A stretch of 64,000 nt of DNA from Eledone cirrhosa (Eukaryota), in NCBI GenBank assembly GCA_964016885.1, contig OZ024743.1, positions 184,698,001 through 184,762,000 on the forward strand, written 5' to 3'. Shown in pieces: positions 11,808 to 22,899 of this stretch. Made by a program: the position numbers and the translations under genes. The notes beneath the pieces are model-generated. The model saw only the letters and a list, made by a program, of their open reading frames with translations, did not search any database and was not told the origin of the DNA. Every line of letters starts with the position of its first letter. Within the stretch, counting starts at the first letter, position 1.

Positions 11808-12706
11808 CTAGCAGTAAAGCCCGGCGTTGCTCGGGGTCGCTCAGTAGCTGTGTTAAAGTTACAATGTTAAGTTTCTTTTTTGGCTTAAAAACTGTAGTGT
11901 CTACTGTGCAGACTTGCATGTGGTGTTTTTGATTAATATTCCCTCAACCAACAATATGCCTTATGAAGTTAAGAAAACATAAGGATAACCCGAATGTTAT
12001 AACAAAAGAGGATGCTGGGGATAAAAACTGCACTGGTTATTTATTAACAAAGATCGAAAATGTAAACACTGCAACGCAGAGAAAAACATTAGCGTAACCA
12101 AATTATCAGTTATGTCTGTCTGCACGCCTATATCACCTCTCTGCACGACTGTCTGTCTGCACGCCTATATCACCTCTCTGCACGACTGTCTGTCTGCACG
12201 CCTATATCACCTCTCTGCACGACTATCTGTCTGCACGCGTATATCACCTCTCTGCACGACTGTCTGTCTGCACGCCTAACGACGAAATATTTGCTTGTTT
12301 TACGTAGTCTTTAAATAGACTTGTTTTCAAGTAAAAATATTGTTTTAAAATGCTTTTAAATGGAAATGAAGCAAAACGGAAGCTTAGTGTTCGAACTGAT
12401 GAATTTTGCAGGTCAATATTTTGCTGGCTCGACAACTGTTAAAGCCAGCGTAATTTTTTACGTAAGACGCTCAATGTAAACAGAACAAAGGGAAATAACT
12501 GATCACTTACGCTCAAAAATCGATACATTATATTCGATTTCGTCACATAGGGTGGGTCAATTTGAAATATTTTTTTTCCCGATGTCTTCGCTAGGGCTCA
12601 ATGTACAAGTATAGCAATTTCGGTGCAATTCCGTGAGAGATTCTAAGAGGAGATGTGTGCCAAAAATCGATAGACAGACAGACAACCACAGTTTTATATA
12701 TATAGA
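11808..12706 (-). mobile_element. Non-autonomous Helitron containing a 37-bp minisatellite
   Basis: CTAGcagtaaagcccggcgttgctcggg ... cagttttatatatataGA. Confidence 0.82.
12113..12278. repeat. 37-bp tandem repeat, ~4.5 copies
   Basis: Unit tgtctgtctgcacgcctatatcacctctctgcacgac. Confidence 0.93.
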
Positions 12707-12709
12707 AGA

Positions 12710-13905
12710 CTAGCATTAAAGCCCGGCGTTGCTCGGGGTCATTAAGTTACCAAAGTTAGGTTGCAGCACTTTTTTGTCTGCCAGGCACTGGGTGAATGAA
12801 TTGCAGACCTGGAAGCATGAGCTGCGCCAGCAGTGACAATTGTAGTTTCGCCTATGGATATTATCTCTGTGCAAAAAAGTGTTGAAATTTATTGTTTCAC
12901 AGTACTTGCGCAACACGCGAGTAGACGATGCCAGCCGAACAACAGAGCTGCGATGGAGTTGTTCTGCATGGTTGTCTGTGTGTTTTCTAAATTTAAGACA
13001 GTAGGGAGGGTTGTGATATGAGGGAGAGTAAGCTGTTGTTTCTAGCAGGTTTAGTGACCTCATAGAGGATATGTGTTTTCTAAATTTAAGACAGTAGGGA
13101 GTGGTGTGATATGAGGGAGAGTTAGCTGCTGTTTCTAGCAGGTTTAGTGACCTCATAGAGGATATGTGTTTTCTAAATTTAAGACAGTAGGGAGTGGTGT
13201 GATATGAGGGAGAGTTAGCTGCTGTTTCTAGCAGGTTTAGTAACCTCATAGAGGATATGTGTTTTCTAAATTTAAGACAGTAGGGAGTGGTGTGATATGA
13301 GGGAGAGTTAGCTGCTGTTTCTAGCAGGTTTAGTAGCCTCATAGGGGATATGTGCTTTCTAAATTTAAGACAGTAGGGAGTGGTGTGATATGAGGGAGAG
13401 TTAGCTGCTGTTTCTAGCAGGTTTAGTGACCTCATAGAGGATATTATTGTTTATCATCTATATATATAAAACTGACTGCACGCGTAACGAAATTTACAGA
13501 TACATATATTTTAAATAAACTTATATAATTTTTGCTTTTTTTTACGAAATATTTGCTTGTTTTACGTAGTCTTTAAATAGACTTGTTTTCAAGTAAAAAT
13601 GATTGTGTTAATGTCATTTTAAACGCTGAGAAAGCCAGCGTAATTTTTTTAATTTTTGCACGCAGACGCTCAATGTAAACAGAACAAAGGGAAATAACTG
13701 ATCACTTACGCTCAAAAATCGATACATTATATTCGATTTCGTCACATAGGGTGGGTCAATTTGAAATTATTTTTTTTCCGATGTCTTCGCTAGGGCTCAA
13801 TGTACAAGTATAGCAATTTCGGTGCAATTCCGTGAGAGATTCTAAGAGGAGATGTGTGCCAAAAATCGATAGACAGACAGACAACCACAGTTTTATATAT
13901 ATAGA
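12710..13905 (-). mobile_element. Non-autonomous Helitron containing a 93-bp minisatellite
   Basis: CTAGcattaaagcccggcgttgctcggg ... cagttttatatatataGA. Its 5' ~350 bp is nearly identical to the preceding copy. Confidence 0.82.
12979..13443. repeat. 93-bp tandem repeat, 5 copies
   Basis: Unit tgtgttttctaaatttaagacagtagggagtggtgtgatatgagggagagttagctgctgtttctagcaggtttagtgacctcatagaggata; shows as 31-aa periodicity in the ORF track. Confidence 0.95.
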
Positions 13906-14216
13906 TTGAATATTATACTCCAGAAAACTTGTCGAGTGCTCTGAATCAGTTATAATCATTTATATTTGTTGAATTACCAACAAATTGAATATCCCTTTTG
14001 CTTATATATTTATATATATTATCCTGAGTTGGTTTTCTCGTTGCTTTGGTCCTTGCGTCTGGCTCACCGGTCGCAATCTTCAATTTGTCAAGCTGTCTAA
14101 ACGTAATGTTATTACTCTAAGGTAAAAACTACCTTATTGAGTGCTTAGCTGTACATTCCGAATTGCATTCGTTAGCATGGTCGCAGCCAGAGCTTTGATT
14201 CTACTGAACTTCCATT

Positions 14217-14268
<52 letters not shown>

Positions 14269-14363
14269 CAGAAGGGAAATTCAATTTGCTGGTAATTCAA
14301 CAAATATAAATATTTATAACTTATTCAGAGCACTCGACAAGTTTTCCGGAGTATAATATTCAA
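13906..14363. repeat. Inverted repeat (~100-bp arms, 13906-14006 / 14262-14363)
   Basis: ttgaatattatactccagaaaacttgtcgagtgctctgaat... is mirrored by ...attcagagcactcgacaagttttccggagtataatattcaa. Confidence 0.88.
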
Positions 14364-14404
14364 TGATATTAAATAAATGGAAACTATATTTATAAGACCA
14401 TATT

Positions 14405-14465
14405 TATTCTATTATATATATTTCAAGGGTACCAACATTTTGGTACGCTATCATCAGATAAAATA
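14405..14465 (-). ncRNA. Type I hammerhead ribozyme motif (intact core)
   Basis: Reverse complement: tattttat-CTGATGA-tagc-gtacca-aaatgt-tggtac-cctt-GAAA-tatata-TA-atagaata. Confidence 0.72.
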
Positions 14466-14602
14466 CGAAGTGTGTTTTATAAATTTTGACATAACCAAGG
14501 AAAATATACCTAACGTTCAAGTTTTCCTATACTATCCAAGGAAAACTTGAACCGTTAGGTATATTTTCCTTGGTTATGTCAAAATTTATAAAACACACTT
14601 CG

Positions 14603-14662
14603 TATTTTATCTGATGATAGCGTACCAAATTTTGGTATCCTTCAAATATATATAATAGAATA
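14603..14662 (+). ncRNA. Hammerhead motif, mirror copy with GAAA changed to CAAA (predicted inactive)
   Basis: tattttat-CTGATGA-tagcgtaccaaattttggtatcctt-CAAA-tatata-TA-atagaata. Confidence 0.55.
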
Positions 14663-14690
14663 AATATAGTTTCCATTTATTTAATATCAT

Positions 14691-14740
<50 letters not shown>

Positions 14741-14741
<1 letters not shown>

Positions 14742-14860
14742 AGGAGTGGCTGTGTGAAAGAGCAATCCTTGCTCCCCAAAACATCACAGCGAACGCCATC
14801 AACGAAATTTCTCTCAAATGATCCCTGAAGGTAGCCAAACTTATAAATCTATCGACACTT
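14741..14860 (+). pseudogene. Helitron Rep/Hel PIF1-helicase fragment
   Basis: EEWLCERAILAPQNITANAINEI, a frameshift, then QMIPEGSQTYKSIDT. Matches the WLxERAILAPxN...YKSIDT segment of Helitron helicases. Confidence 0.8.
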
Positions 14861-15033
14861 ACAAACATTATACTGAGTTCTATAAATGTTTTATAATTAT
14901 GTTATGCAATATTTAAATACCTTTTAACATCTTTTGTTCTAAGGAAAATGAACATTACGACAGATGACAATAGGTAATAGGTGCATTGTGAAAAGATTAG
15001 AGTACAGTACTGACGGGGAGACGGCTAGTACAT

Positions 15034-15066
<33 letters not shown>

Positions 15067-15301
15067 AAGGATCGGGAAAAAAAAAGATTATAAACAGCTT
15101 TGAAGTCTGAAAATATAGATACTACATGTTTCTCGGATAATTATTTTGAAAAGGAACATTTTTAATGCTTCTATTCATAAACGGTGTCATTTAGAAAGTA
15201 TATAGCAAACTAACAAAAAGTTTTTTTTGTTTTGGTATTATTGTTTTTAAACCTGTTGGTAAAGAATTAGAAAAACAAATGGTGAAAAGAATTATAATAA
15301 C

Positions 15302-15382
15302 CTGTGAAGATGCTTTCCTCTGTTGAAAATATTGTGTAGTGAAGGTCTGCCTTAATAAACGAAAAATACGTGACCGGTTCAT
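15302..15382 (-). CDS. Putative first coding exon of a mitochondrially targeted protein (MNRSRIFRLLRQTFTTQYFQQRKASSQ)
   Basis: ATG-started, Arg/Ser/Thr-rich, no acidic residues. Ends CAG|GTTATT (weak donor, phase 0) in non-repetitive sequence. No downstream exon identified. Confidence 0.4.
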
Positions 15383-16059
15383 ATCTTTGTAATTAACGTG
15401 GTTTGTCTCTCAAGTTTGGTTGTCATGAATAAACAAAACGAAAGTTACCCATAAACGATTGCTCCTGGGATTAAATAAAATAGCAATATTTTTTCTGTGA
15501 GTATGCTCTCTTGAAATATAGTTTTAACACGCTATCGAAGTAAAACCTCCGTGGAAATTTGTTGAGAATATGAACGAAAGACTTCTAATGATAACATGCC
15601 ACAAAAAAGTAGGACACTTTTCTTTAAAAATAAAAATACTATGATTTCTTTTCTGATTAAAAAGATAATATAATGTCAAAATCTCTCAGCTTTTTATTAT
15701 CCAGTGATAGCAAAAGTTATTTGAAGGGTAGGTCGGGGAGAGAGTAGATGTATTGTATCCGATAGTTCATAAATAAACAGAACTATGCCCAAACTCAAAC
15801 AAGGGCCGAAGGTTATCACTACACAAAAGTTTTCAGTTACAAAAGGAAAAATTTTGTACGTATTCATTACAAAGAAAAAATAATTCAAAAAGATCAGGCA
15901 AAAAAAAAAGACTACTCTTTATACATATTTTTCTCAAAAATAATATCAGTTTTTTTAAACTGAGTTTCAGTAGTACATTTAATCCCCCACCCCAGTAATT
16001 CATTGATTAATCATTATCTTAAAAGAAAGCAAGATAATGATTAGCCCCAAAAGCTGTTG

Positions 16060-16185
16060 CTGCTTTTAATTTTCAGCTGAATGGACTGAAACAACGTAAA
16101 ATAAAATGTCTTGCTTGAGAACACAATGCTCCACCAACTTCAAAAATCGAACCCACGACCTTGCAATAATGAGCCTAACCACTAT
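16060..16185 (-). mobile_element. Second tRNA-derived SINE family, degenerate (other copies ~26900-27060, 29690-29800, 41560-41695)
   Basis: Shared agcaatgtgaaatgaa..tcttgctcaagaacacaatg...ggaatcgaaccc-type text, which is the reverse complement of a B box. Confidence 0.65.
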
Positions 16186-16327
16186 GTTCGCCTTCATTTG
16201 TCCAAATATATGTGCTTTCTAATCCCCAGAATATTTCGTTTGCATCTTCTTGGCTTCATTGCTTCTGGGGAAACTGAAACGTCTGACTGGCATTTCAAGT
16301 TCTGAATAATCATCTAATGCCATTTAA

Positions 16328-16723
16328 CCCTTTTAATACCTAAACAACTGAAATTGCATATGGTTCAATAATGTTAATCATCTTTTTTTTATGTCCACTT
16401 TTCCATGCTGACATAGGTTTAATGGGATGTTTTACAGGCATATACCCTTCCTGATGCCAATCCTTTTAGTCGCTTCTTACAACAGAGATATTGTGTATGG
16501 GTTTTAAAAACTTGGATGCACAAGTCAGTATGTTTTAAAGTGCTTATATTTATCTAAAAACCTATCATAATTTTATGTAAGTACATTTGTTAAGTTATCC
16601 TCCAAACACCAGATAAATAGCAAAAAAGTTGTATTACTAAATCTCTCAAAATTCTTCATTATTTTCAAAATTATTTGAAAAACATTAGCAGTGCTTTGCA
16701 TTAGAAGTATAGTCATGAAAAGG
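16328..16723 (+). mobile_element. piggyBac-type MITE (family also at 20073-20320, 29140-29384, 49770-49982)
   Basis: TTAA-cccttttaatac ... atgaaaagg-TTAA; body shared with the other copies. Carries a small SINE/RTE-tail insert at ~16385-16470. Confidence 0.72.
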
Positions 16724-17029
16724 TTAAACATCAGACATTTACTTGTATATTGTTCCTTCCACAGATCTAGTTTGTAACTTGCAGCTTGTCTCATAAAAAC
16801 TTGAAGTTCCTTCTTCCTTCTCATCATACATGCCATATGTTACTTCTATGAAGCTATGTCTAGCTGAGGGTGTACTGATATATCATATTACAACTGTAAA
16901 AAAAAAAAAAAAAAGGCACTCAATATATGTGAGAGACGTCTGAATGAGTATCTTCCACTCCCAACTAACTTACCCTCTGCCTCTGGGTCTTGGTCGACTG
17001 GGTGGAGAATGCATTGCTTTAGAGGATGG

Positions 17030-18245
17030 CTAGGGAGACTTGCTGGAATAGCTACTCCACCACGCAGGGCTCGCACCTGTGAGCGGCCAACTCTGCTCTG
17101 ATAGCAGTGAGTAGGGATGTGGTCTGGGGGCCAAGAATGCCAGAAGTCTCCACTGCTACAGGCTCTACCACAAACCTATCTGAGAGCAACAGATACTTGG
17201 TCAGTTTACTCTCTTCAGTTTAGTGGGCAGCAGAGCCTGGGTTGGTAGCTGACCGCACCAGGTTGCCTCTTGAGTAGGTGTCACAGCATATGGCATCCCA
17301 GATGAGGGGTCTACTCCTGCAGAAAGGAAGATTGTCATGTCATCTGGCCTTTTGTCGCCCTACTGGCTTGAGCTGGGAAGAGAAGCCTGCGCCATCCAGA
17401 CCATGCTTTATGATTTTGTTAAGAGCAGTATTACATGGGAGGCGGCCAGCACAGTAACAGCATGACAGTGGGTGGAGATCAAAAAGATCCACAATAGTTC
17501 TGCAATGACATTTGTGAGGCTCACAGATGTGGAGGTTGAGCCTCAGGGAAACACCAGTGCGCAAGCAGTCACTGTCCAGTTGAGTGCCAGTCATGAGTGA
17601 GGGAACTGCATTGAGCCAGGCACCACTGTGGGGTTGAGAGGGCGGTGCACCAGCCCATCTGAAATCATGTTGCAAAGGATGACGTCCCATTTCCCCATTT
17701 CTTTTGGGGGGACTGGATGTCTACTGAGGGGAGAGTGAGATGGACTTTGACAGGCTAGAGGCCAAGCTGATTCCCATGTCATGTAGGCCGCCTCACGCCC
17801 TTTAATCATAGAAGGTTCAGTTGTGTTGTAGAGAACTCTGTTGGTGAGGACATGGCAGGAGGTCACTGATGAAAGGAAAGCAAGCACAGCCAGTGGGACA
17901 GGAGACCTAAGACCCAGGCCACTATATTTGATGGGTGACGGGGCCATCCAGTGTCATCAAACCGGACATTGCATATCTCTTCAGCAACTCGTTGGATGCA
18001 GGCCTCAAGATCTGAGAGCAGAAATGTTTGGTTGTAGCAGGGGGCACTGTGGAAGGTGTATAAGAGTTTCAGTATGGTGAAGCAGTTCTTCAATAGAAAA
18101 AGTGCCAGGTGGGCATTAACCAGGCTCAGTCCACACGTCATGGATTCAAGCTGGCATAGTCTGAACCTGAGAGTAGAGCGAACGGCAGCTGGGAGGATCG
18201 GCAACCTGAGGATAAGGACCTCTTCCTTGGGGGGGTCACCTGCAC
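17030..18245 (-). mobile_element. Degenerate CRE-like non-LTR retrotransposon (restriction-like endonuclease C-terminus)
   Basis: SGAWLNAVPS..GTQLD...SLRL, zinc-knuckle remnant, LIWDA, EPVAVETSGILG; many stops and frameshifts. Confidence 0.82.
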
Positions 18246-19639
18246 TATTTCAGTTTCCACACCCTCCTGTTCCATGTTGTGTCTCCATGTCTGTCTAGCT
18301 TATAATGTGGTGTTACTTATTACCAGTGGCAGACTGGATCTAAAAATTAGTTGCCAGGAGACAAACTACAATACTATTATTTTATTTTTATAAGGGATAA
18401 ATAAAATTTTCAATAAAACCTCTCTATTTCAGTGTATGCAATTGACCATAAAATTGTAAAGTAAAAATATGGATTATAGAATATACTATAAATAACAATC
18501 AAAGAGTGTTTAAAACATTTAATCATATATGATCGTTTAACCCTAGCACAAAGCTGGAATCATATAGAATATATTAAGAATTTCTTAATTTCTCCAATAA
18601 AAAAGATCCTTATGAAAAGTAAGTCTTACATGGGCTGAGAGATACAAAGCAGTTTGGAAAAGGATGGTATAAAGGTGAAAAATCCCTTAGCTATATATAT
18701 AAGTTGAAAGTACTAGATGACACATGTCAAGAATGAGGAAGACTCAAAGAAACAGAAGAAAATTTGTGAATTTCTGCTGCATCTACAGCAGGAACAAAGT
18801 TCCAGTTAGGTAGAAGATTACATACATTGTGGTAGAGTGGTATGGTAGATAGAGCCATAAAAGTACAGAAGTAAACCTGGAAAGAATGAAAGCAAGGAAC
18901 ACTATCAAGTACCTAAAAAAGAAAATTAGGTAGACATAGCAAGCATAGAAGTGGAAAGAAAGGTTTGTCAATGTTCTGTGACACAAGGTGTTTCACATTG
19001 TGAACAAGTGTGTCAGTATAAATCAGGGTGTCCTAGCTCAAAGGTGAGGACATAATGATAGCAGCTGATTTGCCCTCACCAGCAACAAAGAGAAAGAGGT
19101 AATGAGAGATGGGGAGGGCAAGAGAGACGGAGCTGATGACAGTGGGAGTTTAGTTCCTCTGTGTTCAAACCAGGTGTACATGTGTGTGTAATTTTACACT
19201 ATCAACCCTTTCATTTCCTCTACAAACATGAACATCTATTAGGTACATACATCTAACACTAGGTATAGAGAAAGAGATATGGAACTAGTACTGCAAAAGG
19301 TTTCTGAATGGGGAGAATGTATGGGAGGAAGAGGGGTTATTCTTTAGTAAATCAAGCATTAGAAAAAAAAAAACTGATACTCTCTTCTCTGTGTACCATA
19401 ATCACTTAATTTCATAGATAATTCAGCTGGTCTGGACATTCCTAAAAAAAACTAGGTGTAATATTCAAGTACTGGGGTTGATTAAATTGACAATATACTT
19501 CACTGCAAATGTATAGCTTTGTGCCAAATTTAGGAATTGTTTTTATTTTATTTCAAAAACAAAAACAAAAAAAAACAAAAGTAAAAATATTGCTCTTAAA
19601 GACAACAAGCGTTTTAAGACCACATTCCTTGAGAAGGTA

Positions 19640-19850
19640 GGGGTTAGCATTCTAGCCCCCATAACAAGCTTCTCCATTTTGCCATATTGTCTGCATTCTC
19701 CATCACCAACACTCTGGCTTTTATTTCTTCTTTTATCATCTTTACCCATATCTTTCTTGGTCTTCCTCTTCTACTTCCTTCAACATTCATTTCCATCACT
19801 TCTCTCACCCAGTCTATGTCATTCTTCATCAATATATGAGCCAGCCAACT
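19640..19850 (-). mobile_element. RTE LINE 3' fragment
   Basis: DWVREVMEMNVEGSRRGRPRKIW...KWR. Confidence 0.75.
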
Positions 19851-19997
19851 AATTCACTTAAGAAAGCCATTTTGGAATGAAAGAAGAAAAATCTTGATAT
19901 AAAATGTTATGTTTATTCAATTTCTGGTAGATTGTTTATAGTTGTGAAGTTGACAGTCTAGAAAGGCTTAGTGTCTGCTTAGCAGATATTATCATCT

Positions 19998-20046
19998 CTA
20001 CATAAAATCTTGAAAGTTTGGCCGTCGCAGATGATCAGGATCAGGT
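19998..20046 (-). CDS. PSMF1: Proteasome inhibitor PI31, last coding exon 7 ((L)PDPDHLRRPNFQDFM*)
   Basis: Acceptor ttttctccattccAG, phase 2. PDPDHL motif of the PI31 C-terminus; TAG stop. Confidence 0.88.
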
Positions 20047-20072
20047 CTGGAATGGAGAAAAAATATTATTAA

Positions 20073-20320
20073 CCATTTTAATACTAAACCACCTGAAACA
20101 ATTCATGTTTTAACTATACAAAACTTTATTTTAAAGTGCATATATTTACCTAAAAATCTTCATAATAAACTTATCTAAGAACCTTTTTTATGTTATGATC
20201 CAAACACCAGCTTAATAACGAGAAAGTTATTTTAGTAAACTCTTTCAAATTCTTGATTATTTCAAAATTATTTGAAAATCTTATGTAGTATCTTTCATTA
20301 GAAATATATTAATGGAAGGG
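20073..20320 (+). mobile_element. piggyBac-type MITE
   Basis: TTAA-ccattttaatac ... aatggaaggg-TTAA. Confidence 0.75.
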
Positions 20321-20803
20321 TTAATGGTTAAGAAATAAAATTAATAATATGGAAGATTTGTAGTAAAAGAATATGTTTGCTGCTGTGGAAAGTGATGGCA
20401 GAGTTTAATCAACACTGAGGTGGTTGGTGATAAGAAAGCCATCTAGTCATCCACGTTTTTTCTAGTGTTGTGCATGGTAGATGATGGAGGACTGTGACAA
20501 ATATAGAAAGGCACTGAGACCTATCTAACTCATACCACCATGGAAAATCAGATGTAAGATTATAATAATATGATGATGATGTGGCAAGATAGGAACTAGT
20601 AACAAGCTTTATAAATAAACAACAAATTAGATGCTTGCATTTCAAATCAAATACTTCACCCAGTCCTCTGTATATTTGAGAATCTATTCAATGGCTTAGC
20701 CAAGAGAGAAGCCCTTCCAGGTTAGTATGATTAAAATACAATATATGAAGACAACAGCAGTGAATTTTTAGTGTTTTTAGGGCATAGGATAAAATACACA
20801 TGC

Positions 20804-20856
<53 letters not shown>

Positions 20857-20860
<4 letters not shown>

Positions 20861-21245
20861 CATAGACTGGAGAGAAATGAAGCAACCATGCTCCATTGGA
20901 TGTACAATGTAAATGAGAGAGAAATACAGAGCTTGGATGAGTTGAAGGAGAAGCTGGGTTTAAGAGAAATCCAAGGTGGTGTGCAGGAGAGAAGACGCAT
21001 TGGTATGGACATGTGATGCACATAGACAATGATTGTTGGGTGAAGGAGTGCCAGTGGAAAGGAGCTGTGGCAGAGGTAGACCAAGAAAGACCTTGGCAGA
21101 GGTTGTGAGAGCTAACCTCAAATCACTGAGACTCACAGAGGTGATGACAATGGATTGCGACATATGGAGAGATGCCGGGCTGAGAAGGACCCGGCCAACC
21201 CATGCAAATGTGGAAAAGCGGAGGTAAAAACTATGATGATGATAT
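20857..21245 (+). mobile_element. RTE LINE 3' fragment with (GAT)n tail
   Basis: RLERNEATMLHWM...GRGRPRKT...; starts at a (TA)n run. Confidence 0.85.
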
Positions 21246-21843
21246 ATGCATGTTTAGATACAAAATGCTTTGCAGAATTTGTTCTATCACTCTGGTTGCT
21301 GTTAAGAAGAGCATCCAGCTGTAGAAAACATGCCAAACAAGGGACTGTAAAGAATCTTCAGTTGTGCCGTGAACATGACAACCTCTATAGTGATTTGCCA
21401 CAATAAGATGCATCCAGTACACTCTGTAATGTGGCTGGTGTTAACAAATGCATCATGCTGAACAAAGAGAGGACTTTTCAGTTATGTCAAGGGTATGATA
21501 ACTTCTTTAGGATTGGTACGACGATAAAATACACCCAGTAAACTCTGTAAAATGGTTGGTTTTAGAAGAGCATCCAGCTGTAGAAACCATTCCCAAACTG
21601 GAAATGCATGTAGTTGTAATGTGGCCCGTGGCCCATCTTGGAGGACAATAGATCCAATTAAATACTGACTTGGTCTATGATGATCCATCGAACACATACC
21701 AGAATGGAAAAATGGATATTAAATGATAATGATGACTGTACTCTGAATTCAAATCCCGCTGTGGGGTGTACCTCATCTACCCAATAATGCACGACACCCC
21801 TACGCCACACCCATTAATAAGAACGAGTATGTCAATAACTTAC

Positions 21844-21873
21844 AATACTCCTGGAGGTCCAATTAAATCAAAT
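21844..21873 (-). CDS. PSMF1: PI31 exon 6, 30-nt microexon ((R)FDLIGPPGV(L))
   Basis: Acceptor tttctttttcttccAG, donor GTAAGT, phase 2-2. Corresponds to the RFDPxGP motif of PI31. Confidence 0.85.
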
Positions 21874-21994
21874 CTGGAAGAAAAAGAAAGAGAATAAATC
21901 AATCAAATGCTTATTTTCATGTAATGTGAGGTTTCATAGATGAAACAGTAAGGCCATATTTCAGAACATTGGACTTCACTAATAATATAGCACA

Positions 21995-22899
21995 TCATCA
22001 TCATCAACGTTTAACGTCCGTGTTCCACGCTTGCATGGGTTTGGACGGGGGTTTTCCCACTTGAGGCAAGAGTGATTATCTTGCTCGCATATATCTGGCG
22101 AGTTTTCTACAGCTGGATGCCCTTCCTAACACCAACCACATTTACAGTCTGGGGCTGGGAGGTTTTTACCGTGTTGCCTACACGGCCACATTACAGCGTG
22201 GACTGTCTGGCGGGTTTTCTACGGCTGGATGCCCTTCCTAACACCAACCACATTTACAGTCTGGGGCTGGGAGGTTTTTACCATGTTGCCTACACGGCCA
22301 CATTACAGCGTGGACTGTGTGTTTTTTTGTCGTGACACCTACACGATCTCATTTGTTTCGGCCTGGATGTTGTGGCACCAACATAACTTTACATTGAAAG
22401 GGGCGGTGTGGATGTATTTTGTTAGAGATGCCTACTGACTGTAGTAGGTTTTACTTTGTATTTAGGTAAGGCGGGTCTTCTCTATTACTGAGTCCCGCCA
22501 AAGGTCTCGGTCCAGTGACATTGTCTTGGAGAGGTGTAAGTGTGTGAGGTCGGAATTTATCAGCTCGTCCCAGGTTTTTCTGGGTCTGCCTATTCCGTGG
22601 CTACCATCTATCTATATTGCCCTGCACTTTGTTATACAGCTGTCGTCTTTCATGCGCATCACGTGACCATACCAACGTAGCCTTCTCTCGAGTAAACAAC
22701 ATCTGATCCCTCTTATTTCTAATTTTTTCCTTAGTTCGTTTATGCTTTGCCGTTCACGTATATTACTATTACACATCCAGCGGAGCATGCAAGCTTCATT
22801 CCTCTCTAGTCTGCGTATATCCTCTGCACACAATGCCCAGGTCTCACTGCCATGCAACATTGCTGTTCGTATGCAGGCATCATACAACCTGCCTTTCAA
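21995..22899 (-). mobile_element. RTE LINE 3' end with long 3' UTR and (GAT)n tail
   Basis: KGRLYDACIRTAMLHGSETW...RLRWYGHVMR. The UTR has a duplicated ~112-bp unit. Confidence 0.9.

Larger units (their letters stand above)
14361..14692. repeat. Fold-back palindrome (~160-bp arms) of the same pLTR-like family as 11-379
   Basis: Shares the terminus gatattaaataaatggaaacta. Centre is aagttttcct-atactatcca-aggaaaactt. Confidence 0.92.

Noticed and set aside
12716-13435. 239-aa ORF with 31-aa repeats; also a possible CRISPR-like array
   Set aside because: A 93-bp minisatellite inside a Helitron, with no unique spacers, no cas genes and a eukaryotic context.
16573-16870. Minus-strand 87-aa ORF, or a plus-strand exon after ccttccacAG
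   Set aside because: The ORF runs into a MITE, and the plus-strand candidate has early stops in all three frames; no recognisable product.
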